Shown here: positions 47,081 through 55,568 of the stretch, piece by piece
Numbering within the stretch: position 1 is the stretch's first letter
Layout: the number at the start of each line of letters is the position of its first letter
Assembly: GCA_022601395.1 (NCBI GenBank)
Contig: JAJACS010000005.1
Coordinates: forward strand, 4,825-68,824
Reading direction: 5' to 3'
From: Chlamydiia bacterium
GTDB taxonomy: Bacteria > Chlamydiota > Chlamydiia > Chlamydiales > GCA-2402025
Length of the DNA stretch: 64,000 nucleotides
Program-made: the position numbers and the translations under genes
Notes under the pieces: generated by a model
Database searches by the model: none
Seen by the model: the letters and a program-made list of their open reading frames with translations, nothing else
What the model was told of the DNA's origin: nothing

Positions 47081-47660
47081 AACACTTAAGAAGATGCTCT
47101 ACTCCATTCATAGCTCTATGAGGAGTGTCTTCTGAGCCAATGTTAAAATGTTTTGCAATTTTATCTTTTGTAAACCCTGTATCCCATGGCATTGGAGACT
47201 TTTTGTCTTCTGCATTTTTCATTGCAAAGGACCAATACATTGAGGCAAGGTCTAGCCAGTGATAAGGCCATTTCATTGACTCTTGTGAATCAACGTCTAC
47301 AAGCTGTGTGAAAAATACTCTGTCAAAAGAAGGGTTTTGACAAATGAAAACGGCTTCACCGCGTACAATGTTATTTTTCTTAAAAATTTTAAGTATTCTA
47401 TCTGATACAAGATTAGGAGGAGTTCCTTGTCTAACGACTTCCCAAGTAAGACCATTGACATGAAGAGATGCCTTGTCGCTTTTGCCAAACTCTTCTTGAG
47501 ATGTAGAGACAATGCTTTCGTAATTATCTTGTATTTCGCCTGTACTTAGGTCGACAATTTTAAATGCTACTTCTAAAATCTTATGTTTTTTTGCGTCTAA
47601 ACCGCTTGCTTCTGTATCTAAAAAAACGCCAAGCATGAAATCTCTCATAAAAAACCCCAC
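47043..47660 (-). CDS. DEDDh-type 3'-5' exonuclease (DnaQ/RNase T-like fold)
   Basis: 205 aa. ExoI LDTEASGLD, ExoII CQNPSFDRVFF, ExoIII-like HRAMNGV. The 3' end overlaps the next gene by 38 nt. Confidence 0.78.
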   Translation of the reverse strand: MGFFMRDFMLGVFLDTEASGLDAKKHKILEVAFKIVDLSTGEIQDNYESIVSTSQEEFGKSDKASLHVNGLTWEVVRQGTPPNLVSDRILKIFKKNNIVRGEAVFICQNPSFDRVFFTQLVDVDSQESMKWPYHWLDLASMYWSFAMKNAEDKKSPMPWDTGFTKDKIAKHFNIGSEDTPHRAMNGVEHLLKCYEAVVGFPEKSS

Positions 47661-47838
47661 TTAAAATCCAACTCTATCAGTATGGGGTCTCTATTTCAAG
47701 TAAATATTATAAAAACATATAACTTCATCAAGTTATTAACTTAAACGAAGTTCATTAGGTTAAAGTTTATGTTCAAATATGAATACTAAGGTTATTAGGA
47801 CGAGCTCTCCTGGAGAGTTAAAAATATTTCTGCTTTTG

Positions 47839-47868
47839 GAGAGAGTTCTTTTCAATAAGAACTCTCTC
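47839..47868 (+). repeat. Perfect 12-bp inverted repeat (hairpin) in the exonuclease/nusB intergenic region
   Basis: GAGAGAGTTCTT-ttcaat-AAGAACTCTCTC (47839-47850 / 47857-47868). A related palindrome CTCTCC-t-GGAGAG lies at 47805-47817. No T-run follows on either strand. Confidence 0.7.
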
Positions 47869-47975
47869 ACGGAAACTATTTATTAAATTAAATAATTCTT
47901 TCAATCAATATACTTTGGAATGAAAGTCTTTTTTTGGTATACTTTCCCACAGTTCAAATAAAGCGTATAGTTGAT

Positions 47976-48434
47976 ATGACACTACCATTAAAAAAGCTCA
48001 GAGAAGCGACATTAGTTGCTCTATTTTCATCAAAATTCGCAGATCCTACAACGGATTTGCTACCTCTTGTGATGGAACAATTAAAGCTTAGTAAGAAAAA
48101 CGCACTAGCGGCTCTTGAGCGGTCTTTTCTTGTACAAGAGAAAGTAGAAGAGCTTGATATTTTGATAGACAAGTACGCGCTTGATTATGAAGTAGAAAGA
48201 ATTTCTTCTGTTGAAAAGGCGATCTTAAGACTTGCTGTTTTTGAACTATTATTCGATGATGACGTCCCAGAAAAAGTAGCAATCGCTGAAGCGGTTCGTT
48301 TGGCAAGAAAGTTTAGCACGCCAGAGAGTGGCGGATTTGTAAATGGTGTTTTAGATGGCATTTACAATTCTAAAGGAGCAGACCTTGACACTGTTGAAAG
48401 CTCAAGCGCTCATCAAGAAGAATGTCTCACTTAA
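47976..48434 (+). CDS. nusB: Transcription antitermination factor NusB
   Basis: AILRLAVFELLFDDDVPEKVAIAEAVRLARKFSTPESGGFVNGVLDGI is the NusB signature. The first ATG is at 47976; the track ORF opens at TTG 47934. Confidence 0.88.
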   Translation: MTLPLKKLREATLVALFSSKFADPTTDLLPLVMEQLKLSKKNALAALERSFLVQEKVEELDILIDKYALDYEVERISSVEKAILRLAVFELLFDDDVPEKVAIAEAVRLARKFSTPESGGFVNGVLDGIYNSKGADLDTVESSSAHQEECLT

Positions 48435-49260
48435 AAAGTACTCTACCTTTGGAATAGGTGGCCCTGCTGCTTATTTTTCTGAAGTTAAATCTCTCGAAGA
48501 TCTTATCGTTTCCCTGAAGTTTGCAAAAGAGCAAAATATTCGCGTTTTTGTTCTTGGAAAAGGTTCAAATATCCTTTTTGACGATAGAGGTTATAATGGC
48601 CTTGTTATTCTGAATAAAATCCAGACGGTTGATTTTGACGGGAGCGAAGTAACAGCAAGTGCGGGATATTCCTTTGCTTTACTGGGCATTCAGACGTCGA
48701 GAAAGAATTTCTCAGGTCTTGAGTTTGCCTCGGGGATTCCAGGAAGTGTTGGTGGCGCAATATTCATGAATGCAGGAGCATCAGGATCTGATGTATCAAA
48801 AGTTCTTAAGGAAGCCACTTTTATTGATGATGAATTGAATATTTGTACTCTTTCGAGTAAAGCGCTTGGCTTTTCTTACAGAACGTCTATGTTCCAGAAG
48901 AAAAACTTTGTCATAGTTTCTGGATGCTTTTCACTTTCTACTTCAGATACTGCAAGAGACAGGCAGAAAGGAGATCTTAAGCGGAGATTTGACACTCAGC
49001 CTTATAAAGAAAAGTCAGCTGGTTGCGCCTTTAGAAACCCTGAAGAAAAAAGCGCTGGTTTCTTAATTGAGAAATCATATCTGAAAGGTAAAAATATAGG
49101 CGGTGCCTATGTCTCAGAAAAGCATGCAAATTTTATAGTAAATAAAGGTGGGGCATCATCAACGGATGTTCTTCAGCTTATCGAACTTGTTAAAAATGAA
49201 ATTTTATTAAGACACAACATTGAGTTAGAATGCGAATTAAGGTATATTCCTTATGAATAA
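48355..49260 (+). CDS. murB: UDP-N-acetylenolpyruvoylglucosamine reductase
   Basis: 301 aa. LKKYSTFGIGGPAAYF, GKGSNILF, FASGIPGSVGGAIFMNAGA and SAGCAFRNP. The start may be an internal TTG (48385 or 48394), because ATG 48355 overlaps nusB by 80 nt. Confidence 0.9.
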   Translation: MAFTILKEQTLTLLKAQALIKKNVSLKKYSTFGIGGPAAYFSEVKSLEDLIVSLKFAKEQNIRVFVLGKGSNILFDDRGYNGLVILNKIQTVDFDGSEVTASAGYSFALLGIQTSRKNFSGLEFASGIPGSVGGAIFMNAGASGSDVSKVLKEATFIDDELNICTLSSKALGFSYRTSMFQKKNFVIVSGCFSLSTSDTARDRQKGDLKRRFDTQPYKEKSAGCAFRNPEEKSAGFLIEKSYLKGKNIGGAYVSEKHANFIVNKGGASSTDVLQLIELVKNEILLRHNIELECELRYIPYE

Positions 49261-49272
49261 GTTGTAGGTTAT

Positions 49273-50106
49273 ATGGAATTTAGAGCAGATATGCACTGTC
49301 ACAGTGAATGTTCAGACGGGAGTTTGAGCCCGCTAGAGCTTCTTTCACTTGCTAAGAAGAGGGGCTTAAGTGGACTGTCGATTACGGATCATGACACTGT
49401 TGAGGCATACCAGAAACATGTTTTAGAGAAAGCGGAAGAACTTGAAATAGAGATTTGCACAGGCGTTGAGTTTTCATGTCAGCTAAATGGCACCAATGTA
49501 CATCTTCTTGGCTACAATTTTGATATTAACTCGAAGCCACTTCTTGATTTATGCAGTCGACATCAGGTTAGAAGACAAAGACGAAACGATGAGATATTAA
49601 GACTTCTAGATCAGCATGGTTACCCTATAAACCAAGAAGAGCTTACCGAGTGTTCACATGGTAAAGTAATTGGTAGACCTCATATTGCTCATGTTATGCT
49701 GAACAAGGGCTATGTAGCTTCTATAAAAGAGGCTTTTAATCATTACATTGGTGATGGTAAATGCTGCTACTGTCCAGGGGAAAGCTTTTCTGTTGAAGAA
49801 ACGATAAATATAATTCATGAAAGCGGTGGAAAAGCATTTATAGCTCATCCACATCTTGTTAAAAAAGGGCGGGTATTAAGAGCTCTTCTCGAAATGCCCT
49901 TTGATGGAATAGAGTGCTACTATGCTCTTTTTAATAGATCTGCTAACGATAAGTGGGTGAATATAGGGAAAGACAAAGGCTGGCTCCTTAGCGGCGGTTC
50001 TGATTTCCATGGAGAATTGAAACCTCAGATCCCTCTTGGTGCATCCTACGTGGATAGAGACACTTTTAATGCAATTACTTCTAAGGTTTTGAATGACATA
50101 CGATGA
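49273..50106 (+). CDS. PHP-domain phosphoesterase (TrpH/YciV family)
   Basis: 277 aa. DMHCHSECSDGSLSP, ITDHDT, IAHPH and GGSDFHG metal-binding motifs. Confidence 0.8.
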   Translation: MEFRADMHCHSECSDGSLSPLELLSLAKKRGLSGLSITDHDTVEAYQKHVLEKAEELEIEICTGVEFSCQLNGTNVHLLGYNFDINSKPLLDLCSRHQVRRQRRNDEILRLLDQHGYPINQEELTECSHGKVIGRPHIAHVMLNKGYVASIKEAFNHYIGDGKCCYCPGESFSVEETINIIHESGGKAFIAHPHLVKKGRVLRALLEMPFDGIECYYALFNRSANDKWVNIGKDKGWLLSGGSDFHGELKPQIPLGASYVDRDTFNAITSKVLNDIR

Positions 50107-51388
50107 GCTGTTAAAAGAGCTTTATCTCTCGATGAAGATTGTAAATCCACTGCTTACAAAAAGATCAGTATTTAGTTCAGATGTCTGTTCTCGTATGGAC
50201 AAAATTTTAGGGAGCCCCTCTAAAAAGATGGCTCTTGTGCATATAGCTGGCACAAATGGAAAAGGGTCTGTTGCTTATAAGATCGCAGAAGCAGCAAGAT
50301 TGGCGAATCTAAAAGTTGGCCTTTTTACATCTCCTCATGTGCACTCGTTTAAAGAAAGAATTCAGATCAACGGGACAAACATATCAGAAAGTGATTTTGC
50401 AAATTACGGGAAAAAAGTTGTCGATGCCGTAAAAGAGTTAGACGATCAGCCAATGTACTTCGAGTATCTGCTATGCATTGCTTTTTGCTATTTTGCTCAG
50501 AAGAATGTTGATATTGCTATTGTTGAGACAGGAGTTGGCGGAAGAGTAGATACTACGAACTTTATCAGTCCTATACTCTCTGTTATCACATCCATAGCGG
50601 AAGATCATATTCCATTTCTAGGAGAGACAATTGAGGAAATAGCCGTTGAAAAAGCAGGTATAATAAAAGAGAATACACCTGTTGTTTTAGGTCCATCAGC
50701 CCAAATGCATCCTATTATTAATGTTGCCAAGCAGAAAAATGCCCCGCTGATTTTTAGCATGATGAGTGGCGGTTTTTTTGATGATGAGAACATGGACATA
50801 GCAGCCGTAGCGTTAAAAGAGCTGTCTCGACATTTTCCTATTACTGATAGTCATATTTGCCACGCAGTACGTAGCAGGCCATCTGGTAGGTTTGAGGTGA
50901 TTCCTTCTTTTCTTGGGAAAAGAAGTGGCTTTGCTGAATTTCCTGAATTTTTAGTGCTTGATGCGGCTCATAATATAGATGCTCTCGAAAGGCTTATTGA
51001 AGCTGTTAAACTTAAACTGCCTTCTAAAAAGCTAAGATTCGTGATAGCTCTTTCAGAGCATAAGGACATTACGAAATATTTGAGCTGCTTAAAGAATCAT
51101 GCAGAGCATATTTACCTTCCTGAGTCAAAGCACTTCAAGCTTTTAAGTTCATCTGAACTAGCCAGTAGCCTTGAAGAGCTCAGCTATACTCAGTATAGTT
51201 TTGGAGAAAGTGTCAAAGGTACTTTGGAAAGGGCTATAAAGAAAACGGCCGCACAGGATGAAATTCTCATCTTATGCGGCTCGTTCTACATAATAGGCGA
51301 TGCAAGAGAGTTCCTATCACTAGAGGATAAAGGAGACGAAATCCTCACGAAAGAGTCCCTTGCGTCTTTAAATAAAGCATTTTTATAG
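50093..51388 (+). CDS. folC: Folylpolyglutamate synthase / dihydrofolate synthase
   Basis: 431 aa Mur-ligase fold. VHIAGTNGKGSV P-loop, ETGVGGRVDTTN and DAAHN. Confidence 0.9.
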   Translation: MTYDELLKELYLSMKIVNPLLTKRSVFSSDVCSRMDKILGSPSKKMALVHIAGTNGKGSVAYKIAEAARLANLKVGLFTSPHVHSFKERIQINGTNISESDFANYGKKVVDAVKELDDQPMYFEYLLCIAFCYFAQKNVDIAIVETGVGGRVDTTNFISPILSVITSIAEDHIPFLGETIEEIAVEKAGIIKENTPVVLGPSAQMHPIINVAKQKNAPLIFSMMSGGFFDDENMDIAAVALKELSRHFPITDSHICHAVRSRPSGRFEVIPSFLGKRSGFAEFPEFLVLDAAHNIDALERLIEAVKLKLPSKKLRFVIALSEHKDITKYLSCLKNHAEHIYLPESKHFKLLSSSELASSLEELSYTQYSFGESVKGTLERAIKKTAAQDEILILCGSFYIIGDAREFLSLEDKGDEILTKESLASLNKAFL

Positions 51389-52225
51389 ATCTACTACATT
51401 TTCTCCGCTTAGAGTCATGTCTAGATCGTAGAAAAGAGCGTCAACTTCTTCTTCTGGCATAAGTTCAAAATCGCCATATAAAAGCATATGGCTATAGCCA
51501 AGAAGTGTTTGGATGGTAAAGTACTGCTGCTTTTTAAAAGTGTCTAAGCTGTTACTTAGTTTAAGGTTTTCAAAAGAAAAGCCTTCGTCATGAAAAATCT
51601 TATCTAATTTTTTCTTGGTAACATCAGGTAAACAATTAAAGCTGCAAAAAGCGCTGCCTATGTCTGCTTTATAGAGATTTCCAGCAATCTCATAAAGGGA
51701 CATAGAAAGATCTATAGGATCTTCTAGCATGCTATTTGGCATGTCATATGAAACAACCTGAGTTTTTTTGCTATCAGATAGCTCATCAAGGTGTCTTTTC
51801 GCCATATGAATCATCTGGCGGTTTTCTAGTGATAGGGCATGGTTGTGGTTGATGTCATTCATGCCAGTTCTAAGTTCATCGATTTTACTTGAAAGCTTCG
51901 AGTTTGCGCATTTTCCATTAAGACTTAGGGCATCATCAGTAAGGTTTTTAACTTGTGTATTCAAGCTTTTTGTATCACAAAGGTGGAGAAGAGAAAAAAT
52001 TTCCTCTTGTTGATCATTAAATTTTTGATATACATCTTGTGTAAAACCCACGACATTTTGTAGTTTTTTATTTAAACGAGCCGATAAAGATTCTAGTCTA
52101 CCATGCACCTGGGATAGTGCTTGGCTTTCTATATGATCCTTATTAAGGTCTTGTTTTATCTTATTGATTTTGTCATCAATAAAAGAATCCTCGAACATCG
52201 AGGATAGGTCAATAATTTTGCTCAT
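51383..52225 (-). CDS. Hypothetical coiled-coil protein (no signal peptide or TM segment)
   Basis: 280-aa ORF with an ATG start and helical, heptad-like N-terminal two thirds. No recognisable domain. Confidence 0.45.
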   Translation of the reverse strand: MSKIIDLSSMFEDSFIDDKINKIKQDLNKDHIESQALSQVHGRLESLSARLNKKLQNVVGFTQDVYQKFNDQQEEIFSLLHLCDTKSLNTQVKNLTDDALSLNGKCANSKLSSKIDELRTGMNDINHNHALSLENRQMIHMAKRHLDELSDSKKTQVVSYDMPNSMLEDPIDLSMSLYEIAGNLYKADIGSAFCSFNCLPDVTKKKLDKIFHDEGFSFENLKLSNSLDTFKKQQYFTIQTLLGYSHMLLYGDFELMPEEEVDALFYDLDMTLSGENVVDL

Positions 52226-52455
52226 GTTTTGGCCTCTAACTGCTTATTATTTTTTATTATTATAAAATTATTAAAAAGGCACTAAAAATATTTGGTCCTG
52301 TTTTTGTAACAGGCCCAATACCCCTCTTGTCCTATTATAGGCCGCAACTCATTAAATAACAATATACTAAATATTTTAATTTACACCGATAAAATAGTAG
52401 AAATAATTTTAATCATTAACGAGCGTTAAGATACGGTTTTATTAAAATAATTACT

Positions 52456-53037
52456 TTATAGAGATTTGTATACTAACAGTAAACTTGGCGAAGAATTTCT
52501 ATTCATAAATCTGCTGTGAACATGCATATATTCCGAAGGACAGAGCTTTGAAAAAAATGAAAGAAGGGCAGATTCTTCCCTTTTTCCTTCTTCATGGCCT
52601 GGGTAACAGGTGATGGAGATCAGACCACCCTTATTTAGGCGATTTAAGGCGTTTTTCACACTTTCAAGAGTTGTATCGACCATCGTGGTGATATGCTTTG
52701 TCTCTCCCGGTAAATAGCCCAAATTATAGACAAATAGATCACAACCAGTAAGTCTAGCGTCAAATGAGGCATGAGATCCTTCAATCAGTGTGATATTTTC
52801 TCTCTTTGTCTCGCAAAGTGTAGAAAGAAGGTTCTTTGTAGAGCTGATAGCTTCTTTTTGAAGGTCAATACAGAAAAGATGACCAGAGCTGAGGCATTCA
52901 TTAGCTAGAAAATAGCTGTCGTGTCCATTGCCGCAGGTGGCATCAACAATGATAGCACCCTCTTTCACGTGTTTTTTCCAATACATGTGAGCAAGGTCTA
53001 TGTGGGACTGAAAGTAAGAAAATTTTCGATTTTTCAT
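52456..53037 (-). CDS. YtqB/MnmM-family class I SAM-dependent methyltransferase
   Basis: 193 aa. VDATCGNGHDSYFLA, NLGYLPGETKHITT and CYPGHEEGKRE closely track B. subtilis YtqB as I recall it. Confidence 0.78.
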   Translation of the reverse strand: MKNRKFSYFQSHIDLAHMYWKKHVKEGAIIVDATCGNGHDSYFLANECLSSGHLFCIDLQKEAISSTKNLLSTLCETKRENITLIEGSHASFDARLTGCDLFVYNLGYLPGETKHITTMVDTTLESVKNALNRLNKGGLISITCYPGHEEGKREESALLSFFSKLCPSEYMHVHSRFMNRNSSPSLLLVYKSL

Positions 53038-53087
53038 GCCTGGAGAGAATAGCAGATATAAAATAACAAGTCTCTAGAGAGATTGTC

Positions 53088-53116
53088 TTGCTTCTAATAG
53101 GACGATCAATTATAGT
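53088..53116 (+). promoter_or_regulatory. Sigma70-like promoter for tRNA-Val
   Basis: TTGCTT (53088-53093), a 17-nt spacer, then TATAGT (53111-53116), 15 nt upstream of the mature tRNA 5' end. Confidence 0.45.
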
Positions 53117-53131
53117 TTTTTTTGATATTAA

Positions 53132-53208
53132 GGGGTATTAGCTCAGTTGGTTAGAGCGTCACGTTGACATCGTGAAGGTCAGCTGTTCGAGTCAGCTATA
53201 CCCCACCA
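53132..53208 (+). tRNA. tRNA-Val (anticodon GAC), CCA encoded
   Basis: Hand-folded cloverleaf. Acceptor GGGGTAT/ATACCCC, D stem GCTC/GAGC, anticodon stem TCACG/CGTGA with loop TTGACAT, T arm AGCTG-TTCGAGT-CAGCT, then ACCA. Confidence 0.95.
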
Positions 53209-53221
53209 CATTTTTTACCCG

Positions 53222-54343
53222 ATGAAATCAGATATAAATGAACTAAGACAGGTGATAGCTTCGCATAGCCTTGCTGAAGCAATCACAATTTTTTGCCCAA
53301 AAGCGCAACTTTTTAATCTTACAAATAGTCAGAGTGAGTATACCTGTGTGTTTACTCTTCACGACAAGATTTCAGAAGAACTACTTCCTCATATTGAATC
53401 ACGAATTAACGATCATCTAGAGAGCGGCAAAGTGTCCGTTATGCATATGCTTGTGCAAAATGCAAAGAGTTATTTAAAACGGCTTCAAAAAAAGAAAATA
53501 GCAAAAGTTCTTGATGATTGGTCTGATGGTGTTGTGTCAATTTTGCAAATTGAGAACTATGCTGAAGTATTAATTGAAGATGATTTTGATATTGCTCTAA
53601 AAGAGCCCTTTAAAGTGAAACTAACTTCTTTAAAAAGCCTCGATAAAACAACCTACGAGATTTCTGGAACGGCGTCTTCTGATGAGGCAAGTTTAAATGA
53701 GCATATTGAAAGGCTTAGGATAGAGGAAATATCAGGTCATGTGCAAACAGGGGAAGCTCTGTCTTTATTCTCTCAGGAGACTGATGGGATTTTCTGGTCA
53801 AGAAAAGGTCTTAATACGCTATCTCATCTAGAAGATTATCAGGCATCTTGCTTTATGATCCCACAAGAAGCAAAGACCCGCATAGATGCGCCTGGTGATA
53901 TTCATCTTAAAGAAGAGTGCTACTTTACAGAAGATGAATATCAGGAAAATAAGAATAAAAACTTATTTACTCTTACAAGAAATACGGTACTTACAATTTA
54001 TCTTAAAGATTTGAAGCAGCTTGTATCTGGGATTGAGAAGATGGTCTTAGGGTTTAATGCAGAATGGGATGAGAAATCATTAAAAAGGCAGAAAACAACA
54101 AGCATAATTGTGAGCAGTTTTCTTGGAACAAAAGTGGAGATTGCTAAAGTATTTTTTGAGAAAGAGACTGGTGTTACAAAGTGCTACATAGTCTTTAGCT
54201 CTCTCGAAAAATGCCTTGCACTTCATTTAGAGAAAAAGATTGATAGCGAAAAAGTGAGTGCACAAAGCTTTTTTGCGAAGTTTCTTGAAAATTCGCCTCT
54301 CTCGGGTAAAAAAGAATATCAAGAAAATACCCATCTTGGGTAA
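53222..54343 (+). CDS. ThrRS-related protein: compacted, degenerate threonyl-tRNA synthetase-like ORF (editing/second additional domain (SAD)-like N-terminal part; catalytic core missing)
   Basis: 373 aa. SHSLAEAITIFCP resembles RHSCAHLLGHAIKQLWP, and FKVKLTSLKS resembles FKLMKTAGAYW. SLNEHIERLRIEEISGHVQTGEALSLFSQETDGIFWSRKGL resembles [44 protein letters not shown] of E. coli ThrRS. The gene lies where thrS normally sits upstream of infC. Confidence 0.5.
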   Translation: MKSDINELRQVIASHSLAEAITIFCPKAQLFNLTNSQSEYTCVFTLHDKISEELLPHIESRINDHLESGKVSVMHMLVQNAKSYLKRLQKKKIAKVLDDWSDGVVSILQIENYAEVLIEDDFDIALKEPFKVKLTSLKSLDKTTYEISGTASSDEASLNEHIERLRIEEISGHVQTGEALSLFSQETDGIFWSRKGLNTLSHLEDYQASCFMIPQEAKTRIDAPGDIHLKEECYFTEDEYQENKNKNLFTLTRNTVLTIYLKDLKQLVSGIEKMVLGFNAEWDEKSLKRQKTTSIIVSSFLGTKVEIAKVFFEKETGVTKCYIVFSSLEKCLALHLEKKIDSEKVSAQSFFAKFLENSPLSGKKEYQENTHLG

Positions 54344-54384
54344 TCTATATAGAGTTTTATACATTATTGCAGAGGTGAAGTGCA

Positions 54385-54927
54385 TTGAGAATAAATAAGC
54401 AAATACGAGCGACGAAAGTTCGAGTGATAAACAGCCAAGGAGAGCAAGTTGGTGTGATATCTGTCGAAGAAGCTCTGAACTTGGCAAGCGACGAAGGCTT
54501 AGACCTAGTAGAAATAGCACCTCAAGCGAGTCCACCAGTATGTAAAATAATTGATTATGGTAAATTTCGTTACCAGCAGACTAAGAAGGATAAAGAAAAT
54601 AAGAAAGCGCAGCACCAAGCGAAACTAAAAGAAGTTAAAATGAAGCCCAACATCGATGAGCATGACTTCCAAGTGAAGCTCAAAAGGGCGAGGGATTTCA
54701 TTTTAAAAGGTGATAAAGTCAAAGTAACGTGTGTGTTTAGGGGTAGAGAGATCATGCACTCTGAGATCGGAAGAAATGTTATGAAACGCTTTTGTGAAGG
54801 GTTAGAAGACATTGCGAACGTTGAATCTCATGCTAAGTTACTTGGAAGAAGCTTATCACTTGTGCTAGCGCCACTTGGAAAAAAGAAACAGCAGGAGAAG
54901 ATCAGTGCCAAAAATGAAAACGCATAA
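54385..54927 (+). CDS. infC: Translation initiation factor IF-3 (non-AUG start)
   Basis: 180 aa. INKQIRATKVRVI...VISVEEALNLASDEGLDLVEI, and DYGKFRYQQTKK. The frame opens after TGA 54376-54378 and the first start-like codon is TTG 54385, with a GAGGTG Shine-Dalgarno 7 nt upstream. There is no in-frame ATG before residue ~85. Confidence 0.93.
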   Translation: MRINKQIRATKVRVINSQGEQVGVISVEEALNLASDEGLDLVEIAPQASPPVCKIIDYGKFRYQQTKKDKENKKAQHQAKLKEVKMKPNIDEHDFQVKLKRARDFILKGDKVKVTCVFRGREIMHSEIGRNVMKRFCEGLEDIANVESHAKLLGRSLSLVLAPLGKKKQQEKISAKNENA

Positions 54928-55102
54928 AGCGATTAAGGCTAGATTCAAGGTGACTGGAACCGGTAAACTACTAAGGTTCAAACAAGGAAAAAGACACCTT
55001 TTAACAAAAAAGAGCTCAAACAAGAAAAGAAGTTTGAGAAAACCTACAACGGTGCCTGAAACGCATCTAAAGCTCTACAAGCGTCTAATTGGAGCTAAAT
55101 AG
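54905..55102 (+). CDS. rpmI: 50S ribosomal protein L35
   Basis: (V)PKMKTHKAIKARFKVTGTGKLLR is the canonical L35 N-terminus. The likely start is GTG 54905 (or ATG 54914), overlapping the infC 3' end. The track ORF extends to 54875. Confidence 0.9.
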   Translation: MPKMKTHKAIKARFKVTGTGKLLRFKQGKRHLLTKKSSNKKRSLRKPTTVPETHLKLYKRLIGAK

Positions 55103-55132
55103 TAGGCTATTAAATAATAAGGAAGGATACCA

Positions 55133-55492
55133 ATGGTAAGAGTGACATGTGCAGTTTCCTCTAGAAGACGTAGAAAAAAACTGCTAAAACAAGCAAAAGG
55201 ATTTTTCGGAGATAGAAAAAACCATTTGCGCCAGACTAAAAATGCCGTGATGGCAGCAATGAAGTATAATTATATACACCGTAAGAAGAAGAAGTCTGAA
55301 TTCAGAAGACTTTGGATTATCCGTATTGGTGTTGCTGCGAAGATCAACGGAATTTCATACAACAAGCTAATACACGGTCTATCTAAAGCCGGTTGCACGC
55401 TCAATAGAAAGATGCTTGCAGACATGGCTATTTACGACCCGGTTGCGTTTACTTCAGTTGCTGATATGGCAAAAAAAGCGCTTGTCGCTTAA
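55133..55492 (+). CDS. rplT: 50S ribosomal protein L20
   Basis: 119 aa. MVRV...RRRRKKLLKQAKGFFG...YIHRKKKKSEFRRLWIIRI, a full-length L20 pattern. Confidence 0.97.
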   Translation: MVRVTCAVSSRRRRKKLLKQAKGFFGDRKNHLRQTKNAVMAAMKYNYIHRKKKKSEFRRLWIIRIGVAAKINGISYNKLIHGLSKAGCTLNRKMLADMAIYDPVAFTSVADMAKKALVA

Positions 55493-55520
55493 ACTCTGAA
55501 GAGCAGACCAAGAGTTTTGT

Positions 55521-55552
55521 CCCATGCTACCTTGGTAGCATGGGCTTTTTTT
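55521..55552 (+). terminator. Rho-independent terminator after rplT
   Basis: CCCATGCTAC-cttg-GTAGCATGGG (perfect 10-bp stem) followed by C and T7, 29 nt after the rplT stop. Confidence 0.8.
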
Positions 55553-55568
55553 ATTTAGGAGCAGAGTT

